A DNA stretch of 64,000 bases from a virus (taxonomy: Duplodnaviria > Caudoviricetes): IMG/VR virus record IMGVR_UViG_3300011429_000087, positions 64,001 through 128,000 of that record. The stretch is one strand, 5' to 3'. How positions within the stretch are numbered: position 1 is the stretch's first letter; each line of letters starts with the position of its first letter. A program made the translations under genes and the position numbers. Positions 9,841-19,944 of the stretch are shown one piece after another. Under the pieces are notes generated by a model. That model saw nothing but the letters and a program-made list of their open reading frames with translations. It was not told where the DNA came from and searched no databases.

Positions 9841-11238
9841 ATGGAGAAAAATATGTTTTGCACAAAGCTGGCACCAAAGTTTACTATAGAAATTGACGAC
9901 ATTAATCTATGGATTACTTTTGCCGATACGGATAATGGTTTTAAGTCCGTTTATAATATTGACAAAGTAGCCAAACTTGCAGAAGACGGATTTCTAGTAC
10001 AACCGCACTGTGGACATACGATTAGTAATGGCACAGGTCTATTGCCAATCACGTACGCTCTAAGCTTTGAAAATAGTCTTGCCAGACTTACCGGTCCTCC
10101 TTCAAACCTACAAGGCGGAGATTGGCATCAGACACGTTCCAGTCACGCTACCGGCGACAATGATAGATTCTTTATTTCGGTGGGTGGCGAAAGATGTCAA
10201 CGCGGATTCATAGACGGTCTAATGTCCCTCAAATCTAGAGCGATTGACCAAGAAAATAGACCTGTAGCTTGGTGGCCTTTTACATTTAAATATAATGGCT
10301 ACTATGGCACACTTGATAATGGTGTAGATACGTGGAAATACGATCAGGCTATGCTAAATGGCGTGAGCGATCCTTCAAATGGATGGGACATCTTTGATCC
10401 CGCTCATCTTGAATCCGCATGTCTATTCTATGGAGCGGCTATAGGCGATCGTCAATGTCTAGCTAACTTCTTCATGCTTGCTGCATGGGTCTACTCAACC
10501 TTCCCGGGCGGGGGACCAAAAGCTGGTAGCGTCCAAAAAGGATGGCACGGCAGTAATCAAGAACGGGCCAGAGGATGGCGTTATTGGTTTGACGCCCGGG
10601 CCATTATGCTTGGTTTTGATACTGCCGATGCAGCCGTCACAGATATTTTCTTTGCCGGTCGGGGCCCCAAGAAACATGCCGTAGCTATTTTAAAAGATAC
10701 ACTTGATAATCCTCAACCGCTTGGAGGAGATCATGCCGATGAACGAACAATGGTTGATTTTAAAGATGGAAGTGGCGAAATTAAGGGATTCTATCCGTGG
10801 GCAAACGGCATTATGGTTGGTGGTTGGGGCTATTTCCGCAGAACAGGCATTGTCAATGATCCATTAAAGACACAAGTGGATACGTGGATGTTAGATCGTG
10901 CGACAGAAGTTATTAAAAGAACGGTTAGCTTTAATGGGACATCTTATGCAGCTTCTAGCACCAGTACATTTGTCCAGGCGGATGTAGATAAAGCCAATGC
11001 CCTAGAAAAAGATAAAGGGCATTTCTATGAGTTAGTTGATTTCGGCGGCGGCGTAGGCGTCATTAGAGATAAGCCCCGCAAGGCTGATTCTGAAGTAATG
11101 GCTGGAGGTCTTGCTTTACTTTATAATTATGATAATTTGACCGTACAGACTTTATTAAATGTATGCGATAAAGTTGGATCAACCGATTATGATAAGCGGG
11201 CTAAATATTTGGATGTCGCATACGGACAGATTTCTTAA
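9841..11238 (+). CDS. hypothetical protein, possibly an alpha/alpha-barrel carbohydrate-active enzyme
   Basis: 465-aa Trp/Gly-rich ORF with DPAH and QERARGW motifs; the fold is a guess. Confidence 0.55.
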   Translation: MEKNMFCTKLAPKFTIEIDDINLWITFADTDNGFKSVYNIDKVAKLAEDGFLVQPHCGHTISNGTGLLPITYALSFENSLARLTGPPSNLQGGDWHQTRSSHATGDNDRFFISVGGERCQRGFIDGLMSLKSRAIDQENRPVAWWPFTFKYNGYYGTLDNGVDTWKYDQAMLNGVSDPSNGWDIFDPAHLESACLFYGAAIGDRQCLANFFMLAAWVYSTFPGGGPKAGSVQKGWHGSNQERARGWRYWFDARAIMLGFDTADAAVTDIFFAGRGPKKHAVAILKDTLDNPQPLGGDHADERTMVDFKDGSGEIKGFYPWANGIMVGGWGYFRRTGIVNDPLKTQVDTWMLDRATEVIKRTVSFNGTSYAASSTSTFVQADVDKANALEKDKGHFYELVDFGGGVGVIRDKPRKADSEVMAGGLALLYNYDNLTVQTLLNVCDKVGSTDYDKRAKYLDVAYGQIS

Positions 11239-11265
11239 GTAAGATGAATCATTACTGACATAATG

Positions 11266-11302
11266 GAGACGTGGAGCACCGGCTCTGCGTCTCTTTTATT
11301 TT
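11266..11302 (+). terminator. rho-independent terminator
   Basis: GAGACGTGGAGC-ACCG-GCTCTGCGTCTC 12-bp stem (2 G-U) followed by TTTTATTTT. Confidence 0.8.
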
Positions 11303-11313
11303 AAGGTCACACG

Positions 11314-12174
11314 ATGATATCTTATCTAGTTTCGTCCTATGATAGTGGACAGTACCTTGACGGACACTTACGTAATCTTCTGGAAGAACAGACCAGCAAA
11401 GATTTAGAGGTTATCGTAGTTGTTCCAAATTCGCCAGGGATAGATGCGGTTATAGCCCATAAATGGGCCAAGCAAGATTCCCGTGTTAACTTTTTAGAAC
11501 TGTCATATAGAGAACCATATGGGGCTTCATGGCTCCGTGCCTGGATGGAGGCAAAAGGTGAGTTCGTATGCAACTCTAATGCGGATGATTTTCATCACCC
11601 TAAGTTTAATGAAATATTCTATCAGATGGCTCACGGCGAAATGCATCATGAAATTCCTGGATATAATTCACCAAATGAAGATCCAGCATTTTGGTATGGC
11701 GGAATAGTTGTAGTAGACGAAGATACTAAACAGGTCAAAGGCGTTGGGAAGAGACAACCATTTGATCGCGTCAGATTTTCTTACGAGTGCGATGGTGGTC
11801 CACAGGTCTGTTGGCGAAACGATCTTGTTTTTACCCAAAGACTTAATTGGGATCTTATGTGGGAACGTTCTAGACAACATACGTCGGCATTTGATTACTG
11901 GTTATGGCTATATTTTATGTCATTAGGATATCGTGGTAGCGTCATAAACGAATGCTTAACTTATTATACACAACGTAAATTCTCTATTGAGAACCGCAAC
12001 AAAGGGCAGAATACTTACGAAGCTCTTGCGTCAATTGCCGAGTTCTTCCCGCACAATTTTAATCCTGGCGGGCCTCGCTACAAAGAGCATCCAGAATTCG
12101 GAGATTTTAAAAATCTTCCTCCAAAGGAAGAGTGGGTCCAGGCTCGTAATGAGGGGCGTCAATGGAAAGCATAA
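11314..12174 (+). CDS. GT2 glycosyltransferase
   Basis: SYLVSSYDS, NSNADD, AFDYWLWL. Confidence 0.85.
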   Translation: MISYLVSSYDSGQYLDGHLRNLLEEQTSKDLEVIVVVPNSPGIDAVIAHKWAKQDSRVNFLELSYREPYGASWLRAWMEAKGEFVCNSNADDFHHPKFNEIFYQMAHGEMHHEIPGYNSPNEDPAFWYGGIVVVDEDTKQVKGVGKRQPFDRVRFSYECDGGPQVCWRNDLVFTQRLNWDLMWERSRQHTSAFDYWLWLYFMSLGYRGSVINECLTYYTQRKFSIENRNKGQNTYEALASIAEFFPHNFNPGGPRYKEHPEFGDFKNLPPKEEWVQARNEGRQWKA

Positions 12175-13298
12175 AACGCAAAGCGAGAGTAGTTCACCTA
12201 ATGAAAGACCTGGGCTTAGGTGGCACACAAAAGACCGCACAACTATTCTGCAAAGCATTGGTGAAGAAATATGCCGATTTCTATGATGTAACCGTTCTTT
12301 ATAATGCTGCCCACGATATGACTCGCTATAGGGATTTCCTAGAAATCCTTGGTTCAGAGGAACGTATGGTTCCTTATCGGTTTGATAACCAAGGGGTCGA
12401 AATCTTGCAGTCTTTGCGGCCAGACATTACACATGTATATAGGGCCGGTATACCAGAATGGCCCATCCCGGGCAAGGATATCAAACAAACCATATTTGTT
12501 GAAACTAATGTTTTTGGTTTTCTAGATCCAAATCCCAACGTGAATAAAACTTTATTCATGAGTAATTGGCTCACGGAATGTTCTAAGAGACAGCACGGCG
12601 AAGGAATATTTAATACGCTTGATAAGCAGGGCAGATTTGATTTCATCAATAATCCAGTTGATAGTCCTGCCACAGATGAAAAGCTGATTTTAAATCTCGA
12701 TAAAGATTTTGTAGTTTTGGGTAGATGCGGCAGACCAGATGACGGCATTTATGATGACGTCAATGTAAAGGCGGCTCTAATTCTTCAGGCCAAAGGCCAT
12801 AAAGTTTTCTTTCTTTCTTTGGCTCCGCCGCCTAGAATGATGGACGATTTAGATAAGTATGGTATTCCGCACATCAATATAGCTCCAACGGTCGATCCAA
12901 TCGTTCTCAGTGCTTTCTATAATTCTATTGATATCCTCGCACATGCCCGGGCGGACGGGGAAACGTTCGGAAGTAATATTGCAGAAGCAATGATGCACGG
13001 TAAGCCAGTTGTTACGCATATTGCAATTCCGAGCCATCCTAGAATGGGAGTTTTTCAGGCTCAGACGGAATTGGTTAAGGATGGAGTTACCGGATTTGTG
13101 TGCGAGCATAATGCCGCAGCGTATGCGGAGCAACTTGAAAAGTTAGTGATTGTTAAGCCAGCAAGAGCAAAATTTGGACAGGCCGGAAAAGAATGGGCCG
13201 TGCGGAATTGCAGCACAGAAGTTTGTGGAGCGAAATTGCACGAAGTATATCAGAATTTATTATATCGTTGGGGCCATACTATTAGACCGAGGAGTTAA
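12162..13298 (+). CDS. GT4 glycosyltransferase
   Basis: LGLGGTQK, ETFGSNIAEAMMHGKPVV. Confidence 0.9.
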   Translation: MESIKRKARVVHLMKDLGLGGTQKTAQLFCKALVKKYADFYDVTVLYNAAHDMTRYRDFLEILGSEERMVPYRFDNQGVEILQSLRPDITHVYRAGIPEWPIPGKDIKQTIFVETNVFGFLDPNPNVNKTLFMSNWLTECSKRQHGEGIFNTLDKQGRFDFINNPVDSPATDEKLILNLDKDFVVLGRCGRPDDGIYDDVNVKAALILQAKGHKVFFLSLAPPPRMMDDLDKYGIPHINIAPTVDPIVLSAFYNSIDILAHARADGETFGSNIAEAMMHGKPVVTHIAIPSHPRMGVFQAQTELVKDGVTGFVCEHNAAAYAEQLEKLVIVKPARAKFGQAGKEWAVRNCSTEVCGAKLHEVYQNLLYRWGHTIRPRS

Positions 13299-13305
13299 CA
13301 AAGTC

Positions 13306-14982
13306 GTGATCAAAGATAATAAAACTTTAGATGGTAGAAATATTATCCATATTACTAATGAATCTCACGCTAAAGTTATAAGGATATGTGATTTATGTCA
13401 AAAAGAAGATATAGTTAATTGGAGAGATATTATTAGGTCTAGAAATAAGAAAAAAAACATGAATTTGTCAGAACTAGATACGTGTAAAAAATGTTCTTAT
13501 AAAATATTTCCTTCTTACATAAAGGGAAAACATTTGTCTTTAGAAACTAGGAAAAAATTATCAGAATTTGGTAAAACAAGATTTAGTAATCCGAAAAATA
13601 AAGAATATCTTTGTGACAGGAATAAAGAAAATAATCCAAACTACAAAAGTGGATTTAGATTAAGACGTGGTGGCCATATATCCAGAAGAGAATTAGGCAA
13701 AGAAATACAAGTTCATAGAGAGATTTATGAACAATATAATAATATAAAATTATTAGATACTGACATCATACATCATATTAATTGTAATCCAATAGACAAT
13801 AGAATAAATAATCTTGCATTATTCAAAACGACCGGCCAGCATATGCATGCACACAGACAATTAGAAAGTATAGCGGCAAAACTTGTAGAGAGAAAAATAA
13901 TTCTTTTCAATCATGATACTGGAGAATATTATTTAGATCCATGCGTTGATTTAAATACATCTCCAATTAGTCTTGGTTTTGAAGATATAGCCATTACACA
14001 ACAAAAAAATATATGTCAGTCTAGACTTGATGTTAATATATCATCTAAAATAACAAAAAAAATTATTCGCCCCGTCCCATTTCTTGCATCAAATATGTCT
14101 ACGGTTATTAATGAGCAATTTTATATTAAATTGTACGATCTTGGAGCACTTGGAATTATGCATCGTGTTTGGGATATAGACGATAATTATATTTTAACTA
14201 TGAAACGAATTTCTAGTCACTGCAACATTGTGGCGGCGTCGGTTGGTGTAGGAGATCGTCAAATCGAACTAGCCAAAAGATTAATAAAAGATGGAAATGT
14301 TAATGTATTATGTATAGATGTTGCTCATGGTTTTTCTGATGTTATAAAATATACGGCAAAAGCGATTAAATCTTTTGATAAAGACGTGCAATTGATTATT
14401 GGTAATACAACTAATCCAGATATTATATATGATATATATCAATATGCCGATTCTATAAAAGTAGGAATTGCCCAAGGACTTGCCTGCGAGACTAAAAATA
14501 CTGCCGGTTGTACAGAAAAACAATTCTCTACTATCTTAAAATTTAAGCAAATCTCGAAAGACTTTGGCATTCCTATTATTGGAGATGGCGGAGTACGTGA
14601 GGCATCAGATTTTGTTAAAGGAATAGCAGCCGGGGCGTCTGCTATAATGGCCGGTTCTACTTTTGCATCTTGTCCCGAGTCAGCCGCAGAAATAGTAGAA
14701 ATAGACGGTGTAAAAAAGAAACTTTATGCGGGAATGGCTAGTCGTTACGTTCAAGAAAAATGGCGTGGTGGACTAAAGCCGGGGACTTGTTCTGAAGGAA
14801 AGATTGTGTATCTTGATATAAAACGTCCCGTCGCGGAATTAATTGAACGTTATGCAGGAGCATTAAGAAGTGGAATTACGTATAGTGGGGCGACTTCTAT
14901 TAAAGAAATGCAAGACAGGGCGGAATTTATTCGTATTCCAAATTTGGAGGGAACCCCACATGTGGCTAATCGTTTGGTTTAA
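13306..14982 (+). CDS. NUMOD3-HNH endonuclease fused in frame to an IMPDH/GMP reductase-family TIM barrel
   Basis: GTG start after GGAG; KGKHLSLETRKKLS (NUMOD3), HHINCNPIDNRINNL (HNH); then LGFEDI, ASNMSTV, IDVAHG, KVGIAQGLAC, IIGDGG, GMAS, LRSGITYSGA. Confidence 0.85.
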   Translation: MIKDNKTLDGRNIIHITNESHAKVIRICDLCQKEDIVNWRDIIRSRNKKKNMNLSELDTCKKCSYKIFPSYIKGKHLSLETRKKLSEFGKTRFSNPKNKEYLCDRNKENNPNYKSGFRLRRGGHISRRELGKEIQVHREIYEQYNNIKLLDTDIIHHINCNPIDNRINNLALFKTTGQHMHAHRQLESIAAKLVERKIILFNHDTGEYYLDPCVDLNTSPISLGFEDIAITQQKNICQSRLDVNISSKITKKIIRPVPFLASNMSTVINEQFYIKLYDLGALGIMHRVWDIDDNYILTMKRISSHCNIVAASVGVGDRQIELAKRLIKDGNVNVLCIDVAHGFSDVIKYTAKAIKSFDKDVQLIIGNTTNPDIIYDIYQYADSIKVGIAQGLACETKNTAGCTEKQFSTILKFKQISKDFGIPIIGDGGVREASDFVKGIAAGASAIMAGSTFASCPESAAEIVEIDGVKKKLYAGMASRYVQEKWRGGLKPGTCSEGKIVYLDIKRPVAELIERYAGALRSGITYSGATSIKEMQDRAEFIRIPNLEGTPHVANRLV

Positions 14983-15220
14983 AAATCTAAAATGGATTAG
15001 GGCCATCAGAGATTATGATGGGTTAGTAAATTCAGTAAACGTCGGATTAAAACTTCAACGTGAATGTGATAGATTAAAAGAAGAGAATGATCAGGTGCGA
15101 CAAGTATTTCATGCACATAGAACTGCCGCCATACAATCAATAGTTGAAGCTCATAAAGCCGAACAAGAATACAAGAGAAAACTTTTAGATGACAAAAATT
15201 CGAATCGTCCATCATTCTAA
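14960..15220 (+). CDS. hypothetical coiled-coil protein
   Basis: ATG at 14960 downstream of GGAGG; fills the gap between neighbours. Confidence 0.6.
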   Translation: MWLIVWFKNLKWIRAIRDYDGLVNSVNVGLKLQRECDRLKEENDQVRQVFHAHRTAAIQSIVEAHKAEQEYKRKLLDDKNSNRPSF

Positions 15221-16274
15221 AACAGTAGGATATTCTGGTACAGATAGAACTGCACAATTAATGTGTAAATATCTAGCAAAAGATCCTCGTTTCGAACCAT
15301 TTTTGGTTTATAGAACTGATGGTGATAATTCTCGCCTAGAGATTATGCGTGATATTCTAGGTGATAGCCACGTAGTACCCTACGAATGGGTGCCAGGAAA
15401 GAAGGGACGAAATTCGCCATATCTTCCAGAGTCCGATAATCTATACGAAGTAATTAAAAAGATCAATCCTGATATCATGCACGTTCATAGGTCTGGTTAT
15501 CAGGAATGGCCTTTACGATATATCGCTCCTAAAGCAAAATGGGTAGAAACAAATATTTTTGGATTCGGAGACAAATCAAACGATATTGATCGGCACATCT
15601 ATATATCTGATTTTATTCGTAACACCGCCCTTAAGTGTGGAAATCCACACGGCCCAACACTATACAATCCTATTGAATCACCCGTCCCACATAACGAATT
15701 GTCGCCGATTTCATTCAAGCAGGAATTAGGATTCTGGCACGACACCATTCTTTTGGGTAGAATTGGAAGACCTGACAACTTTGACCCGATTGCCTTACGG
15801 GCATTTGCACAACTAGAACAGGAGAATCCGAACGCTCATTATCTCGTAGTTAACGCTTGCCACAACTGGATCAGCACCGCTAAACAACTTGGTATCAAGA
15901 ATATTACGTTCTTACCGGCCATCATTGACGATAAATTACTGTCTCGTTTTTATCAAAGCCTAGATATTTATGCACACGCCAGAAGCGATGGTGAATGTTG
16001 TCCGTGCAATATTCAGGAAGCCATGATGCATGGATTACCAGTTGTCTCACATAGGAGCACCATCTATAATGGACAGTCTGAGATTATTGGGGATTCTGGT
16101 TTCGTAGTTCCTGTGGGCGACAACGAAGCTTATTATCAAGTTCTTAAAGCACTTGTGGAAGACGCTGGATTAAGAAAACAATTCGGCGAAAAGGCCGCAA
16201 CTCGGGCGAATCAATTCTTTAGAGCGGATATTATTGTTGACAGACTTAAAGAGATTTATTATGAAATCATTTAA
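15189..16274 (+). CDS. GT4 glycosyltransferase (paralog of 12162)
   Basis: GRIGRPD, AHARSDGE, EAMMHGLPVV. Confidence 0.88.
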   Translation: MTKIRIVHHSKTVGYSGTDRTAQLMCKYLAKDPRFEPFLVYRTDGDNSRLEIMRDILGDSHVVPYEWVPGKKGRNSPYLPESDNLYEVIKKINPDIMHVHRSGYQEWPLRYIAPKAKWVETNIFGFGDKSNDIDRHIYISDFIRNTALKCGNPHGPTLYNPIESPVPHNELSPISFKQELGFWHDTILLGRIGRPDNFDPIALRAFAQLEQENPNAHYLVVNACHNWISTAKQLGIKNITFLPAIIDDKLLSRFYQSLDIYAHARSDGECCPCNIQEAMMHGLPVVSHRSTIYNGQSEIIGDSGFVVPVGDNEAYYQVLKALVEDAGLRKQFGEKAATRANQFFRADIIVDRLKEIYYEII

Positions 16275-16455
16275 TTATAGTGATGAAATGAATGCATTTC
16301 AGGCACTGATTGTATCTATGCGAACTCTTCGTCAAAGATATTCCTTAAAAAATCCAATAATATATGTAGAGTTACCAGAAATTTTACATGATTCGTTTTA
16401 TGAGTGCCACGAATGGATAGATAGACTCGCTGGATGTAGGAGTAAATTATTATGA
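16261..16455 (+). CDS. hypothetical protein
   Basis: Tiles between neighbours with overlaps. Confidence 0.5.
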   Translation: MKSFNYSDEMNAFQALIVSMRTLRQRYSLKNPIIYVELPEILHDSFYECHEWIDRLAGCRSKLL

Positions 16456-17180
16456 CCAAAATAATCTCTTTTTGTTTATTTGGGGATAAACCCCAATATA
16501 CCATCGGTGCTATTAAGAATGCAAAACTTGCAAAAGAAATATATGACGGTTGGGAGTGTTGGTTTTATTTTAATTCACAAGAGCTAGACGAAAGAGAAGA
16601 TAAAGACGATCCAATATACATCGAACTTTCCCGTATGAACCATGTTAAGTTAATTGGTGTTAATAGAGAACAACACCATTTAATGTTAAGTAGATTTCAA
16701 GCAATTGATTGGAAGTGTAATCCCGAAAAACTTTATCCACCATTCGAAGAAAATGTCAGTGTGATGCTTTCTCGCGACTGCGATTCTCGTCTCTCTTTAA
16801 GAGAAAAGTTAGCGGTTGATAAGTGGCTGGCAAGCGACAAACAATTTCTAGTTTTAAAGGACCATCCCTGGCACGCGGGCGTGCCCGTCCTGGGCGGGCT
16901 ATGGGGCGTTAAAGCTGGTCTTTTGCACAACATGAGCCAAATGATTAATGACTTTATCCTGGAAGATCCTACGAACGCTTGGCAGTGTGACCAAAAGTTT
17001 TTAACCGACAAGATTTGGCCCAAAGTTGCCCACACGGCGATGGTTTTTGATCCCTTTTATGGCGGACTTAATTATCCTATTCCAAGGGATAGTTTTGAAT
17101 TCTGTGGTGCTACTCATGACGAAAACGATAAAATCCCTCAGAATCAGATAGATGAACTTGGGAAATATTGGAGAGCTTAA
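16452..17180 (+). CDS. putative GT-A fold glycosyltransferase (KIISFxLxG family)
   Basis: KIISFCLFG, SRDCDSR (DxD), KDHPWH, GGLWG, DQKFL. Confidence 0.65.
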   Translation: MTKIISFCLFGDKPQYTIGAIKNAKLAKEIYDGWECWFYFNSQELDEREDKDDPIYIELSRMNHVKLIGVNREQHHLMLSRFQAIDWKCNPEKLYPPFEENVSVMLSRDCDSRLSLREKLAVDKWLASDKQFLVLKDHPWHAGVPVLGGLWGVKAGLLHNMSQMINDFILEDPTNAWQCDQKFLTDKIWPKVAHTAMVFDPFYGGLNYPIPRDSFEFCGATHDENDKIPQNQIDELGKYWRA

Positions 17181-17551
17181 TGAAAGAATTCATTGATAAA
17201 CAGTGTCCAGATTGTAAAGCTTGGATGGATGATCTTAAGGGACATTTATGTGACCCCGAAGAATCTAAGAGATTAAATGAACTGGCGGAAAGCATGGGCG
17301 GTCATTGGAATTATCGTGTTTGTACCTTTATCTCTAAAGAGGGGCACCCTAAAATTGGCGTCTTTGAAGTTTATTATAATAAAGATAATACGCCTAAAAT
17401 GCGAAGTGCCGAACCTGAAATTTCATGGTTCGTGGATAATTGTGGCGACGAGAATACTCCTGAATCTTGTAAGAAAACCGCTCAATGGGATCTTAAATGT
17501 ATGCTTAAGGCTTTTAGGGCTCCAACTTTAGACGGTGAAAAGGATTTCTAA
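17180..17551 (+). CDS. hypothetical protein
   Basis: CPDC and WNYRV...EVYY motifs; coupled to neighbours. Confidence 0.65.
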   Translation: MKEFIDKQCPDCKAWMDDLKGHLCDPEESKRLNELAESMGGHWNYRVCTFISKEGHPKIGVFEVYYNKDNTPKMRSAEPEISWFVDNCGDENTPESCKKTAQWDLKCMLKAFRAPTLDGEKDF

Positions 17552-18147
17552 TGGTCGACGGTTATCAGTATAACGAGGGAGAAATAATTACCGAATTCTT
17601 CGGTAAACCTCCATATACCCAAAAGGAAGATTGGAAGTATCTTGTAGATATTGGGGCCGCCGACGGTGTAGATAATTCTAACTCGCGAGAACTTCTTAAA
17701 TGGTCTTGGAATGGATTATTAGTCGAACCAAATCCTCAATATTTCCGCGACCTTTTAAAACTCTATTCTGGCGATGCCATACACGGATTAACCCGAAATG
17801 TTAAACTTTCTCACTACGCCATCTCTGATGTTCCTGGCCGCAAACGTTTCTATTTAAATAATCAATGCTCGTCTTTAGTCTATCCTATCGGCCCAACGGT
17901 TGAAGTTGAGGCTGTTACCCTCACCGATCTCTTTACTCTTTACAAGGTTCCAACATATTTCGAGTTTATGTCAATTGACTGTGAAGGTCACGATATGGCA
18001 GTTCTTCGTTCGCTAGATTGGAAACGTTGGTCGATAGATTTGGTATGTATCGAGCATAGTATGGATAAGAAAGAGTTGGACGATTTTATGAAATCGGTAG
18101 GATATAAATTACACCGAAGGACACAAGGAAATTCATTTTATGCTTAA
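17551..18147 (+). CDS. FkbM-family methyltransferase
   Basis: DIGAADG, VEPN, SIDCEGHD. Confidence 0.9.
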   Translation: MVDGYQYNEGEIITEFFGKPPYTQKEDWKYLVDIGAADGVDNSNSRELLKWSWNGLLVEPNPQYFRDLLKLYSGDAIHGLTRNVKLSHYAISDVPGRKRFYLNNQCSSLVYPIGPTVEVEAVTLTDLFTLYKVPTYFEFMSIDCEGHDMAVLRSLDWKRWSIDLVCIEHSMDKKELDDFMKSVGYKLHRRTQGNSFYA

Positions 18148-18400
18148 AAGAGTGAAAGAATTATTTGAAGTTATTAAGAATGCAGAAGCGGAACTAAAAG
18201 AGATTCGGGATAAGTGCAAGCACAAAAAGACGTTTGTTGGTAATTGGAGCAATAGGCCAGGACAGATTTGTACTGCCAATATTTGTGAACGATGCCAAAA
18301 CTTTGTTTCTCTAGCTCCTTCACAGGATCTTAATATCTTTGGCTGTTCTGACACGTCGTGGAATAACTATACAGCCGGAAACAAGTTGTTCGGTCCATGA
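18140..18400 (+). CDS. hypothetical Cys-containing protein
   Basis: CKH...CERC; coupled to neighbours. Confidence 0.6.
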   Translation: MLKRVKELFEVIKNAEAELKEIRDKCKHKKTFVGNWSNRPGQICTANICERCQNFVSLAPSQDLNIFGCSDTSWNNYTAGNKLFGP

Positions 18401-19257
18401 AAATTCTAATTAGTTATCGCGGTGCCCCACGCATTCGCGGATGGGAAACCGGAGCTTTAGTGGCTAAAGCCTTTCGTAAATTAGGTCACGAAGTAGATGA
18501 ATATGCTAAAATTTATGAACATGATCTATGGCTATCTGCTCATGAGGACGTACTATCCAAAGAATATGATCTACATATTTACTGCGAATGCAATGATAAT
18601 GATAAACAATATTTTGAACTTAAATATATAAATGCCAAACGTCACGTCGCGTGGTTATTTGATGTAGCTATGAATCCTCAAGGTTATAAGGATTTAGTTA
18701 CCTACATGGAATTTGACCATTGCTATGTGGCGAATCCAGATTTCTTAACAGCGTTTTCATGCCCCGCAAGTTATCTTCCATATGCCGCCGATCAAGAATT
18801 TTTCTATCGTCCTCTAACTACGTTAAAAACGATAGATGTTTGTCTGGTTGGATCTGATCGTCCAGAAAGACGAGACTTAATTGCCGTTCTTAAAAAGAAC
18901 GGTATAAATGCCGAACTAATTTCTGGAGTCTTTAAAGAAGACTATATTAATATGCTTGCAGCGAGCAAAATAGTTATCAACGATATTGCTGGGGGCGGAG
19001 CAAACCTACTTTCCATGAGGACTTTTGAAGCTCCGGCCGCAGGAGCATTATTACTTCAGGCAATTACGCCAGCACTTTATGGTGTTCTAGAAGATGGTAT
19101 TTGTTGTGCCACCTTTAGAGATCAAGCTTCGCTCGTTGGTGGATGCAAATATTATTTAGAACATCAAAGCGACCGTACGATCATGACAAAGAACGGACAA
19201 TATTGGGTACTCAATCACGAATCCTATACAAATAGAGCATTAAAGATATTAAGATGA
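18397..19257 (+). CDS. CgeB-family (Glyco_trans_1_2) glycosyltransferase
   Basis: LPYAAD, SKIVIN, MRTFEAPAAG, YYLEH. Confidence 0.85.
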   Translation: MKILISYRGAPRIRGWETGALVAKAFRKLGHEVDEYAKIYEHDLWLSAHEDVLSKEYDLHIYCECNDNDKQYFELKYINAKRHVAWLFDVAMNPQGYKDLVTYMEFDHCYVANPDFLTAFSCPASYLPYAADQEFFYRPLTTLKTIDVCLVGSDRPERRDLIAVLKKNGINAELISGVFKEDYINMLAASKIVINDIAGGGANLLSMRTFEAPAAGALLLQAITPALYGVLEDGICCATFRDQASLVGGCKYYLEHQSDRTIMTKNGQYWVLNHESYTNRALKILR

Positions 19258-19943
19258 CAGTTGATACATTAATCTGTGTACATAGCACAACACCCAAGAA
19301 CGACTCTCTTCTTCAGGGGGCCGTACGTTCTGTCTTAGGATCTTCTGTTAGACCTGATAATTTAATCATTGTCTATGATGCTTGTTGGGAAGATACACAA
19401 AAGACTCTAGAAAGTGTCTTTGATGACTCGATTCATTATTGGGATTATGTTGAACTAGGACCAACACGTTATATACCAGTAAGTAAGCCAATAAAGCAAG
19501 GTTTGGCTGTAGCCAAAAATTTTGGTCTTAAGTTTTGTACTAGCGATATAGTTACATATTGTGATGCAGACGATGAATGGATGAATAGTAAGCTAGAACT
19601 TCAGAAAAAATTCATAGAAGATTCTGGAGTAGATTTCTGTTTTACTCAATCATGGGATATTCGTTCTGATTATGCACTTGTGCCGAACTGTTTTCCAGTT
19701 GGCTATGCCAATACTCACGAAAAGATTGCCGAGAAGATATTTACTGAAAACTGTCTATGCCACGGCTCGATGGCCGCAAAAAGATCGGTATTAGGGGCTC
19801 TGGAAGGGTATAATACGGATAGACGATTTTTGGGCCGCGAAGATTGGGAATTATGGCAAAGAGCATTCCAGGCTGGCTATAAATTCTTCAATATCCCGGA
19901 AAGATTATATTGTTACCGTTTAGGTACAAGCGTGGAGAGATAA
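19254..19943 (+). CDS. GT2 glycosyltransferase
   Basis: GLAVAKN, DADD, EDWELW. Confidence 0.9.
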   Translation: MTVDTLICVHSTTPKNDSLLQGAVRSVLGSSVRPDNLIIVYDACWEDTQKTLESVFDDSIHYWDYVELGPTRYIPVSKPIKQGLAVAKNFGLKFCTSDIVTYCDADDEWMNSKLELQKKFIEDSGVDFCFTQSWDIRSDYALVPNCFPVGYANTHEKIAEKIFTENCLCHGSMAAKRSVLGALEGYNTDRRFLGREDWELWQRAFQAGYKFFNIPERLYCYRLGTSVER

Positions 19944-19944
19944 A

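Noticed and set aside
13150-13305. N-terminal extension of the HNH-IMPDH ORF in the supplied track
   Set aside because: It overlaps the upstream GT by ~150 nt; GTG 13306 with GGAG is the better start
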